Shown here one piece after another: positions 20,358 through 29,267 of a stretch of DNA of 64,000 bases; position 1 is the stretch's first letter, and each line of letters begins with the position of its first letter. Position numbers and translations under genes: made by a program. The notes below the pieces were generated by a model, which searched no databases, was not told the DNA's origin, and saw nothing but the letters and a program-made list of their open reading frames with translations. Location of the stretch: positions 2,848,001 through 2,912,000 of the forward strand of contig OZ240248.1 of NCBI GenBank assembly GCA_965198235.1, written 5' to 3'. This DNA is from Candidatus Poribacteria bacterium. GTDB lineage: Bacteria > Poribacteria > WGA-4E > WGA-3G.

Positions 20358-21713
20358 TCATGAAATTCGCAGCTTTTGTATTTTCCAGCTACCGCGTCTG
20401 AACCAGTATCCTATAAGGAGACACTGCACAATATTTGATACAGCAATTCCCCACCAAATCCCTGTCAGTCCTATCAACTGGGAAAGAACAATCACTAACG
20501 TCAATCCGACCCCGAACTGCGACAGTCCTGTAATCGTCATCGGGGACTTCGTATCTCCCGCACCGTTGAGCGCACGGCCCAGAACACTGGCGACAACCAT
20601 GAACGCAAACGTCGCTGCGAGAAAACGCAAATAAACACTTCCAATTTCCGTGACTTCAGGTTCGTTCGTAAACCAGCCGACGAAGAACTGAGGAATTGTG
20701 AACAGGACAATACCGATGAACGTGACGATGACCGCAGCTAAGATACTACCTAACCGAACGGATTTTTCGGCGCGATCGATACGGTTGGCCCCAATATTTT
20801 GCCCAACCATTGGTGCTACAGCGTTTGAGAAAGCAGTACCAAAATGCATAACAAGACTACGCAGCCGCATACAGATAGCGTAGCCAGCGACGGGGTCGGT
20901 GCCAAAGATAGCGACGACTCGAATAAACAACACACGGGCACCATGCCTCAATAACGCCTGCATGGCACTAAAAATCCCCAAACTCATGATTTGACCCCAC
21001 ATTAAAAGGTTTGGGCGGCGCTCAACATGGCGCAGAGAAATCACACCCCGTCCTTTAAAACAGAGGTAGAGGAGTACAACGATGCCGAGTCCTCGACCAA
21101 TCACCGTCGCATACGCTGAACCAACCACTCCGAGTCGCGGAAATCTCCAGATCCCAAAGATTAACAGTGGATCTAAAACGATGTTAACAATCGACGAAAA
21201 GATCAGGACGATCATCGGTGTTATCGCATCCCCGGCACCGCGGAAAATTGCGGTGAGGGTGCGGGATAGAAACATCGTTACCGCTCCAAGCAGCATCACG
21301 CGAAGGTAGGGAACGCCGAGCGGAATCACCTCCGGCTCGACCCCCATTAACCACAATCCAAATTCAGCTAACGGATAGCCTAAACACCCAATGCCCAGCG
21401 CACATACCACATTAAGCATTAAGGCTTGCATCGCAATATTCTCGCTTTTCACACGCTCCTTGGCACCGAGAAACTGAGACACGAGAATAATTGTCCCCGT
21501 TGAGATGCCGTGGGCAAGAATGCTCACAAGTCGTAGTAAGTTGCCGCCCATAGCGACAGCAACGAGGGCTGCCGGTCCCAGCCGACCGACAAAAATCATA
21601 TCGACTATATTGAACATATCTTGAAGTAATTGGCTAACAAATGTGGGTATAGCCAGTCGTAAAAGGGCTTTTGAAATGCTCCCGCGCGTCAGGTCATGCT
21701 TGGACGTTCTCAT
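20358..21713 (-). CDS. MATE family efflux transporter
   Basis: DLTRGSI, NIVDMIFVGRLG, RGAGDA..PM, NIVLDPLLIFG; about 12 TM helices. Confidence 0.92.
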   Translation of the reverse strand: MRTSKHDLTRGSISKALLRLAIPTFVSQLLQDMFNIVDMIFVGRLGPAALVAVAMGGNLLRLVSILAHGISTGTIILVSQFLGAKERVKSENIAMQALMLNVVCALGIGCLGYPLAEFGLWLMGVEPEVIPLGVPYLRVMLLGAVTMFLSRTLTAIFRGAGDAITPMIVLIFSSIVNIVLDPLLIFGIWRFPRLGVVGSAYATVIGRGLGIVVLLYLCFKGRGVISLRHVERRPNLLMWGQIMSLGIFSAMQALLRHGARVLFIRVVAIFGTDPVAGYAICMRLRSLVMHFGTAFSNAVAPMVGQNIGANRIDRAEKSVRLGSILAAVIVTFIGIVLFTIPQFFVGWFTNEPEVTEIGSVYLRFLAATFAFMVVASVLGRALNGAGDTKSPMTITGLSQFGVGLTLVIVLSQLIGLTGIWWGIAVSNIVQCLLIGYWFRRGSWKIQKLRIS

Positions 21714-21847
21714 ATATTCACCACTAATCGACACTCACCAGGACCTGTTTATGCGGTTTTAAAGACAAACAAACCGGTCAGTAGAAGTCGTATGTTATTC
21801 GACGGATACCGTTAAATGTTAAGGCGAATTATGCGACGCGTGTTACA

Positions 21848-22759
21848 CTATGGCTTCAAATGTTGTTCAAGAAACGCCTTCGTTAATTCTGGGACCTTCG
21901 GATCTCTAAACCAGCCGTGACCGCCGCCTTCTACCTTGTAAAACGTAACCGGGACACCCGCTTCTTCCAAGGCATCCTTCAACAACACGCTCTGCTGGTA
22001 AGGCACAAGCGAATCCTTATCTCCATGGATAATCAGAAAAGGCGAATCATCTTTGGACACATAAGTGATTGGATTCGCTCTTGCTACGCGGTCCTTATGC
22101 TCCTGAATAGGTCCTCCTACCAATTGAGACTCTGGTGAGTCAGGAGCGTCATGCACCAATCCATCTGGAAGGCTTTGCGCGTCCATCTGAAGGAAGTCTG
22201 TAGGACCGAAGTAATCGACCACGGCTTGCACCCGACTGGATACCTTCAGATTCTCACCTACCTCAAATTCCTCCACGTCGCCTGCCGTGCCGAGCATGGC
22301 GACGAGGTGTCCACCAGCGGATGAACCCCACACCGCAAAACGGTTCGGATCAAGGCGGTAGGTTTCTGCATTCGCCCGCAGCCAACGCACAGCAGCTTTC
22401 ACATCCTCGATTTGGGCGGGAAAGATGGCATGCTGACTCAAGCGATAGTTGATGCTCGCTCCCGCATACCCGGCTTTGAGATATTCCTTTGGGATGTAAT
22501 GGGTCTTGTCTCCACCGCGCCAAGCACCGCCGTGTATCCAGATAATGAGTGGTAGGTTTTCTCCCGTCTCTGGAACATATAGGTCGAGTTTTTGTCGTTC
22601 GTGCCCCGTAACATAAGCCAAATCCGAATACACCGTTACACCTTCGGGGACGTTTATAGCCTCAGCGGAATCTCGACGTTGCGCCAGTACCGAAATCGCT
22701 GCTACAAAAAGCAGAATTAAGATAAGTGTGATTATGATCTGCATCATTGGCTTTCGCAT
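21848..22759 (-). CDS. Secreted alpha/beta hydrolase (HSL-like esterase)
   Basis: HGGAW oxyanion motif, GSSAG nucleophile, HGDKD, GGGHG. Confidence 0.9.
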   Translation of the reverse strand: MRKPMMQIIITLILILLFVAAISVLAQRRDSAEAINVPEGVTVYSDLAYVTGHERQKLDLYVPETGENLPLIIWIHGGAWRGGDKTHYIPKEYLKAGYAGASINYRLSQHAIFPAQIEDVKAAVRWLRANAETYRLDPNRFAVWGSSAGGHLVAMLGTAGDVEEFEVGENLKVSSRVQAVVDYFGPTDFLQMDAQSLPDGLVHDAPDSPESQLVGGPIQEHKDRVARANPITYVSKDDSPFLIIHGDKDSLVPYQQSVLLKDALEEAGVPVTFYKVEGGGHGWFRDPKVPELTKAFLEQHLKP

Positions 22760-23124
22760 TGACTTTCTCCTCCGTTATTGGGGGTTTCGTCTGACCGTTG
22801 TCCGACCGATTCAGAGGACTTTGTGTCTTCGGCAATCATCGCCTCAAGTTCCGTTCTCAACTCTTGGATCTGCGAAATCTTTTCCGACATCTTATCGAAC
22901 ATCTGCTGTTTAGACTTGATACCTTCACCAATGAGAAATGCCGTCGCTTCGGAACGACTGTTAAATTGTCCGGAATCCACGAGTTCGTCGATCCGACTGA
23001 GATCTCCTTCATCAACCCTGACCATCACGACATTATCCCTTTTGCGTTCACCTCTCCCGGGTTTCTGTTTCCTCCGTTTTTCACGGTGACCTCTTCCTTG
23101 CTGTCTTGCCTCATGTTCTGACAT
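22744..23124 (-). CDS. Ribbon-helix-helix (CopG-like) regulator with coiled-coil tail
   Basis: VVMVRV strand, IDELVDSGQFNSRSEA. Confidence 0.75.
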   Translation of the reverse strand: MSEHEARQQGRGHREKRRKQKPGRGERKRDNVVMVRVDEGDLSRIDELVDSGQFNSRSEATAFLIGEGIKSKQQMFDKMSEKISQIQELRTELEAMIAEDTKSSESVGQRSDETPNNGGESQCESQ

Positions 23125-23162
23125 TGAAAAATCTCCTTTTTCCCTTTTAAATACATATAATT

Positions 23163-23207
23163 TAATTACGCGTAATTATTATACACTATTATACGTTGGT
23201 TTGTCAA
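23163..23207 (-). promoter_or_regulatory. Promoter with overlapping perfect palindrome (putative RHH operator)
   Basis: Minus strand TTGACA-18-TATAAT; TAATTACGCGTAATTA at 23163-23178. Confidence 0.65.
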
Positions 23208-23510
23208 ATTAAATTTCTCGTGTAGATTATCTACTCTATAACGTGAGTTCGACATAAGGATTAGAGGAGCCTAATGCGATCTATCACATACTTATCACTG
23301 ATTCGATGGCAGACAGGTCCCCGCACTTTCTTCGGAAACCTGCTATTGCTTCGCAGTGAGAATAGAATATGTGAGGCTTGAAAACTGAAGAACATCCTTG
23401 GCATGTCCATTTCACTCGCGGTCCCATATACTGGTGCGAAACCCAACGTCCTCTCCTTAAATCAAGGTATACAACGTGCCTGCAGGTCACATCCATAATT
23501 CTGAAAACAA

Positions 23511-23645
23511 TAGGACTTACGCAAATTGAACAGAAAAGGGCATATTTCGTTGTATTTAACCCCCTAAAGAATCAACGGTATGAATGCCTTATGGCATTCC
23601 CCGCCCCTTATCAGGGGGACTTTAAGAGAGAATGCGTAAGTCCTA
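23511..23645. repeat. MITE, AGGACTTACGCA TIR family, copy 2 (inverted, with nested insertion)
   Basis: TAGGACTTACGCA...TGCGTAAGTCCTA; shares AACCCCCTAAA and CCCCTTATCAGGGGGAC with the reverse complement of copy 1. Confidence 0.8.
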
Positions 23646-23659
23646 AACAATTAGAAAAA

Positions 23660-23688
23660 TTGACATCGGCTGGAACTTAAGGTATAAT
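23660..23688 (+). promoter_or_regulatory. Consensus sigma70 promoter
   Basis: TTGACA-17-TATAAT. Confidence 0.75.
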
Positions 23689-23863
23689 GGTTTGCGGTGA
23701 GTGTGGCAATGTTGGTCTCTCCGTCGAGAACCCAGAAGCATTATGGGAGATCTATACCCAACAAAAGAATTCGTAGAGTGGCTTCTACGCCGGTTTGATA
23801 ATTGATGTTTCGGCGCAGTTAAAAACGACACCCACCAATAAATGTCTACATATTTAGGGAGGA

Positions 23864-25360
23864 GTGATGGTAGCAACCGAATCGCATTTCAAACGGTTTA
23901 TCTTTATTTTAATCGACGGGGCACCTTATGAAATCTTTAAAACGTTGATTGAAAACGGTGATCTCCCGAACATCAAGAAATACGTGGTAGATCGTGGTAG
24001 TTTGAATAAAGCGGTCTCCGTCTTCCCGTCAACAACGGGACCCGCCTTTATCCCATTTTTTATGGGATTGTATCCCGGCACGGCAAATATTCCGGGCATC
24101 CGGTGGCTCTCCAAATCAAAATTTCATGCTCCACACCGCTTCAAACGTCCCGGCATCTGTAGTTATATGGGGCTTGACGGGTTGCATTTTGAAGCCGATT
24201 TGCCTCCAGATTTCCCCACTCTGTTTAACTTCTTCTCACCGGTAAGCAACATCTACAATCTTCTCGCTCGCGGGTGTCCACCCTCCAAAAATCTGACGAG
24301 TTGGATTAAACCCTTCATCTATACCTATGCCCACTTTTCGCATCGCTGGCGATTCGTCAATCAGATTGCAGTCCGTCAATTACACAAAGCCGTTGAGGCA
24401 GGCGACAAATTTGTGGTGTGCCTCTTCCCTGCAGTCGATACCTTTTCACATCTCACAGAAATACAATCTCCACAAGTGCTTCAGACTTACCGAGAGATAG
24501 ACACCGCGATTGGAAACCTCATTCATACTTTGCAAAGGGCGAACACCCTCCAAGAGACACTGATTCTGATTACCAGCGACCATGGAATGACCGACACACA
24601 TACACATATTGATGTCCCGCAGCATTTAGACGATGCGGGCTGGCGATGTTTGCATTATCCAAAGATTTGGCGGCAAGGCGCTGTATCCGCCAGCATCGTA
24701 TCAGGAAACGGAATGACACATCTCTATTTTAAAAATAATCCGGATGGGAAGGGATGGGGCGAACGGACACCTTTCGAGCAGCTTCATAAAATGGGGGTCA
24801 TTAGTTCCCTGATTGAATTGGAAGGATTGGGACTTGTCGCAGGGCAGAGCGAAACTGGTGACATTATCGTCCAAAACCGAGGTGGACAGGGAAGAATCTC
24901 CTGTCACCCAGAACACACAGACCGCGGAAATTCACAAAGCATAACGCCTACTTTGAAATGCGTAGACTCGCTGCGCTTCTCTTACGAGTTCACTGGAACG
25001 GACCCGCTTGGATACGGGGTTCACTATGAGAATCTGTCCTCACGGAAAACACTACGTGAAACCTACAACAGTCCGTATCCTGATGGGATCGTTCAATTGT
25101 GGCAGATTTTCAAGAGCGAACGAACGGGCGACCTCGTCCTAAGTGCCGAAAACGGTTATGACTTACGCGCTCGTTATGAAATACCGGAACATCATGCAAC
25201 ACACGGTGCATTAATCGCGGAACATTTGCACATCCCACTCGCAACGAATTACCCAATTGCCGAACAGTACATCCGATCCGTTGATGTCTTTCCAACGGTG
25301 CTAAGCCTATGCGGACATAACGTTGCCGTGCATCACATTGATGGTAGAATCGTCAAGTAA
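23864..25360 (+). CDS. Alkaline phosphatase superfamily (nucleotide pyrophosphatase/phosphodiesterase-like)
   Basis: ILIDG, SVFPSTT nucleophile region, DTFSH, TSDHG, THG. Confidence 0.88.
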   Translation: MMVATESHFKRFIFILIDGAPYEIFKTLIENGDLPNIKKYVVDRGSLNKAVSVFPSTTGPAFIPFFMGLYPGTANIPGIRWLSKSKFHAPHRFKRPGICSYMGLDGLHFEADLPPDFPTLFNFFSPVSNIYNLLARGCPPSKNLTSWIKPFIYTYAHFSHRWRFVNQIAVRQLHKAVEAGDKFVVCLFPAVDTFSHLTEIQSPQVLQTYREIDTAIGNLIHTLQRANTLQETLILITSDHGMTDTHTHIDVPQHLDDAGWRCLHYPKIWRQGAVSASIVSGNGMTHLYFKNNPDGKGWGERTPFEQLHKMGVISSLIELEGLGLVAGQSETGDIIVQNRGGQGRISCHPEHTDRGNSQSITPTLKCVDSLRFSYEFTGTDPLGYGVHYENLSSRKTLRETYNSPYPDGIVQLWQIFKSERTGDLVLSAENGYDLRARYEIPEHHATHGALIAEHLHIPLATNYPIAEQYIRSVDVFPTVLSLCGHNVAVHHIDGRIVK

Positions 25361-25568
25361 ACCGAGGTCTCACCACACAAATTTTCAAACCGCGTCTCCA
25401 CCTCTGTAGGAGCGATCTCTGGTCGCGACTGAGGTTTCTATTTTCGCTGGCGAAGGTCTTTAGAAAAACCCACACGCGATTCTTCCTAACCTCGTCAATT
25501 GCAATCACCCTGTCTTAGGAGATTCCCCAACAGATATTTTCTTTCAAACCTACTTTTTTCCAGAATTA

Positions 25569-25595
25569 TGCACCTACTCTCCCTGAATTCGCGTC
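25569..25595 (+). promoter_or_regulatory. Putative ECF-type autoregulatory promoter
   Basis: TGCACC-17-CGTC, conserved upstream of both ECF genes. Confidence 0.55.
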
Positions 25596-25709
25596 ATTAT
25601 ATAGTGAAGTGAACGGATAGGGTATTCTTGGCTCTTTGTAAGTGTCTCTACCCACGAAACGTGTAATTTGTTACGCTCCCTGATACAACCGTCTTTCTGG
25701 AGACATCAG

Positions 25710-26924
25710 ATGAAAAGCAACGATGTTGAGTTGATCCAACGCACCCTTGCCGGTGATGAGACTGCTTTTGCGAGTTTGATTGAAAAATACCAACGGCAGG
25801 TTCACACGCATGCCCTGCGGCAAATAGGGGACTTCCACATCGCCGAGGATATTACACAGGAGACCTTCCTGCGAGTCTATCAGAACTTGAAAACCCTGAA
25901 TGATCCGACACAGTTTTCAAGGTGGCTTCATGCGATTGTGAATCACCTCTGTATCGCATGGCACCGAAAAAATCGGATGCAGACCGAATCGCTAGAAGAA
26001 ACTCACATCTCGGAAACAGAAAGAGAGGCATATTCCCGATATGTCGCATCAGAACACGAGAAAACATCTGATGAGGCACAACGCGAACTCGTCAAAAAGC
26101 TGCTTGCGAAGTTGAAGGATAGTGACCGAGAGGTTATCACACTCCACTACTTTGAAGAGATGACATCTTCAGAGATAGGCGACTTTTTAGGTGTGTCTGA
26201 AAATACGATTAAGAGCCGACTACACCGGGCGCGACAGCGATTAAAGAAATATCAAGCCCTAATTCAAGAGGTGTTAGACCCTACAATCGAACGGAGACAC
26301 CGTTCCCAACATCCGTCGCAAGGAGAAATCAACATGGCAGAGGAAATGAGAGATGAAGCCAAAATCGAAGCAAGGCTGAAAGAACTACAGCGTCAGATTA
26401 CTGATTTGCAAGAAGAAATTAGGGGTATCGCTGCTGAATCAGACACTTTCCACCCTGATAACATGGAATTTCTTGACCCGGAAAAAAGTGTAGCTCTTAG
26501 GACGCTATGTCGTCTTCCCGATAGTGATGGAAGGGCGATCTCGTGGGGTTATGTCGGCGGCTATCGGACCTCTCCGGGTAAAACGACTGCCCGCGTTGCA
26601 TTCTGGGGCGATAACATCGATAGTTTCCTAACAAAAGCACCAGCCACTGAAATCGTGAACCTTGCAAGTCTCTTCACAAATCCCACTATAGTCGCTGTTT
26701 TAAGGCAATTAGTGGAAGGAAAGAGATCGGTCGCGGATCTGGCAAAAGGGTGTGGTATCTCAGAAAGTGAAATAGAGAAAGCCGTGCAGACATTAATGGA
26801 CGCAACGTTAGTGGCGCGCACGGAAAACGATCTCATCGAACCCAAAAACGATGTCGTCTCCTTTTTTCTGAACTTCGTGAGTATGACAATCGTGCATCTT
26901 GGGCATATCAAATCCGAGAATTAG
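25710..26924 (+). CDS. ECF sigma factor with C-terminal coiled coil and winged-helix-like domain (copy A)
   Basis: Region 2 AEDITQETFL, region 4 SSEIGDFLGVSENTIKSRLHRAR; extension with VLRQLVEGKRSVADLAKGCGISE. Confidence 0.9.
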   Translation: MKSNDVELIQRTLAGDETAFASLIEKYQRQVHTHALRQIGDFHIAEDITQETFLRVYQNLKTLNDPTQFSRWLHAIVNHLCIAWHRKNRMQTESLEETHISETEREAYSRYVASEHEKTSDEAQRELVKKLLAKLKDSDREVITLHYFEEMTSSEIGDFLGVSENTIKSRLHRARQRLKKYQALIQEVLDPTIERRHRSQHPSQGEINMAEEMRDEAKIEARLKELQRQITDLQEEIRGIAAESDTFHPDNMEFLDPEKSVALRTLCRLPDSDGRAISWGYVGGYRTSPGKTTARVAFWGDNIDSFLTKAPATEIVNLASLFTNPTIVAVLRQLVEGKRSVADLAKGCGISESEIEKAVQTLMDATLVARTENDLIEPKNDVVSFFLNFVSMTIVHLGHIKSEN

Positions 26925-27112
26925 ACTCGGTTCGGTACTTCAATGGAGTATCCAGAAATTACCGAATCTTAGGTAAATGGACTTCTGTTTTCGCTAACGA
27001 GGTTAGGAAGAACCCACACGCGGTTTTTCCTAACTTTGCCAACTACAACCACCTTGTCTTAGGAAATCCTCCGACAGATATTCCCTTTCAAACCTACTTT
27101 TCTCCAGAATTA

Positions 27113-27139
27113 TGCACCTACTCCCACCTCATTCGCGTC
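27113..27139 (+). promoter_or_regulatory. Putative ECF-type autoregulatory promoter
   Basis: TGCACC-17-CGTC. Confidence 0.55.
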
Positions 27140-27257
27140 ACTATATAGTGAAGCAAATTGATAGGGTGTTTCTTCTGGTTTTGCAAGCGTGCTTAACCGA
27201 GAAACGTGCAAATTGCACACGCTTTCTTGCTGAAAATAGCCTTTCTGGAGATGTGAA

Positions 27258-28445
27258 ATGAAAAGCAACGATGTTGAGTTGATCCAACGCACCCTTGCCG
27301 GTGATGAGACTGCTTTTGCGAGTTTGATTGAAAAATACCAACGGCAGGTTCACACGCATGCCCTGCGGCAAATAGGGGACTTCCACATCGCCGAGGATAT
27401 TACACAGGAGACCTTCCTGCGAGTCTATCAGAACTTGAAAACCCTGAATGATCCGACACAGTTTTCAAGGTGGCTTCATGCGATTGTGAATCACCTCTGT
27501 ATCGCATGGCACCGAAAAAATCGGATGCAGACCGAATCGCTGGAAGAAACTCACATCTCGGAAACAGAAAGAGAGGCATATTCCCGATATGTCGCATCAG
27601 AACACGAGAAAACATCTGATGAGGCACAACGCGAACTCGTCAAAAAGCTGCTTGCGAAGTTGAAGGATAGTGACCGAGAGGTTATCACACTCCACTACTT
27701 TGAAGAGATGACATCTTCAGAGATAGGCGACTTTTTAGGTGTATCGGAAAATACGATTAAAAGTCGGCTACACCGGGCGCGGCAGCGGTTGAAGAAGTAC
27801 GAATTTATGATTCAAGAGGCATTAGACATTACAATAGAAGATAGCCATCGCTCCCAAGACCAGTTGGAAGGAGAAATTATCATGACAGAAGAAACGAGAA
27901 ATGAACCCAAGCACACAGCAAGCCTTGAAGAAATGCAGCGTCAGATTGTTGATTTGCAAGAGCAACTTCGGGTTATTGCAGATGAATCGGATGCTTTTCT
28001 GGACACCGAAAAAAAAGAAGCCATTTCAAAATTATGTCGACTCCCCCATAATGTTGAGAGTCCAATCGCTTGGAGTTACGGGGGTGCCTACCGGACCCCG
28101 TCCGGAAAGAGGTCAAGGCGTTTCTCACTCTGGACGGACAACATTGACAATTTCCTATCCAGAACCCCGGATGCCGCGATTGTAAATCTTGCGAGTATCT
28201 TCGCAAATCCGACGGTTGTCGCTGTTTTAAGACAGTTGGTAGATGAGAAGAAATCGGTTACGGATTTAGCAAACGATTGTGGCATCTCAGAAGGTGAGAT
28301 TGAGCAAGCTGTGGAGACGTTAGTAGACGCAAAATTAGCGGCTTGCACGGAAGATAATCTCATTGAACCCAAAAATGATGCCGTGTTCTACTTCCTGAAT
28401 TTCGTAGGTATGACAAGGGTCCATCTGGATCCAAAAGACCACTAA
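27258..28445 (+). CDS. ECF sigma factor with C-terminal coiled coil and winged-helix-like domain (copy B)
   Basis: Sigma core identical in protein to copy A; diverged C-terminal extension. Confidence 0.9.
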   Translation: MKSNDVELIQRTLAGDETAFASLIEKYQRQVHTHALRQIGDFHIAEDITQETFLRVYQNLKTLNDPTQFSRWLHAIVNHLCIAWHRKNRMQTESLEETHISETEREAYSRYVASEHEKTSDEAQRELVKKLLAKLKDSDREVITLHYFEEMTSSEIGDFLGVSENTIKSRLHRARQRLKKYEFMIQEALDITIEDSHRSQDQLEGEIIMTEETRNEPKHTASLEEMQRQIVDLQEQLRVIADESDAFLDTEKKEAISKLCRLPHNVESPIAWSYGGAYRTPSGKRSRRFSLWTDNIDNFLSRTPDAAIVNLASIFANPTVVAVLRQLVDEKKSVTDLANDCGISEGEIEQAVETLVDAKLAACTEDNLIEPKNDAVFYFLNFVGMTRVHLDPKDH

Positions 28446-28539
28446 TCGCGGTTAATTACTTCGTAAGCGCGATTGCACAAAAGACTGTTACAGCATAACG
28501 GCTTATGTCTACTACTTGATTATCACAAAGGAGTGTTCA

Positions 28540-29124
28540 ATGTTTTTAGAAACCTTGAGACGCCGGCTTCTTGCCTATCTGATAAAATTTCGTTTTACAA
28601 TCACAGTTATTACCTGTCTGCTTTTCGTTATCACAACCACCCTTATTGGGGATGAACCTGACAATCTTTTTGATGAACGAAAAAAGGAGGCACTTAGCAC
28701 ATTGCGTCGGCTCCCCAATGATGCTGAAAGGCCGTTCTCGTGGGGTTATGTCGGTGGCTATCGAACCTCTCCAAACAACGCGCATAATGATACCGCATAC
28801 TGGTGGGGTGATAACACCGATAGTTTCCTAACAAAGGCATCAGATGCCGAAATCGCGGAGTTCTTAAGCCTTTTCACAATTCCTACCGTAATTTCTGTTT
28901 TAAGACAGCTGGTGGAAGGCGACAGATCGGTTGCAGATCTGGCTAAGGCGTGTGGCGTATCAGAAAAGGAAGTAGAGAAAGCTGTGGAGCTGCTAATGGA
29001 TGTGAAGTTAGTGGCACGCACGAAAGACAATCTCATCAAACCCCACAACGATGCCATCTCCTTTTTTCTCAACTTCGTGGGTATGACAATCATGCATCTT
29101 GAACACGTCAAACCTGATAATTAA
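28540..29124 (+). CDS. Chimeric protein: ABC permease N-terminal TM segment fused to the ECF C-terminal domain
   Basis: First ~36 aa align to the 29268 permease; remainder aligns to the ECF extensions (SWGYVGGYRTSP, SFLTKA, FFLNFVGMT). Confidence 0.8.
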   Translation: MFLETLRRRLLAYLIKFRFTITVITCLLFVITTTLIGDEPDNLFDERKKEALSTLRRLPNDAERPFSWGYVGGYRTSPNNAHNDTAYWWGDNTDSFLTKASDAEIAEFLSLFTIPTVISVLRQLVEGDRSVADLAKACGVSEKEVEKAVELLMDVKLVARTKDNLIKPHNDAISFFLNFVGMTIMHLEHVKPDN

Positions 29125-29267
29125 CCTCGTTCCAACACTTGATAGACGCGCTTTGAAAGCGCGCTTATCAAATTTTGCGTCTATTCCGATCTATACAAGG
29201 TTCTTGGTTTGTGGACAATACGTTCAATCTGCAGGATTTTTCCTGCACCAAGTAAAGGAACCGTTCA

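Noticed and set aside
24920-24960. Possible repeat-derived insert in the phosphodiesterase (DRGNSQSITPTLK)
   Set aside because: No clear second copy found in the window; needs ortholog alignment.
25710-28445. Duplicated segments as a diversity-generating retroelement TR/VR pair
   Set aside because: No reverse transcriptase in the window, and both copies are intact genes without an adenine-specific mismatch pattern.
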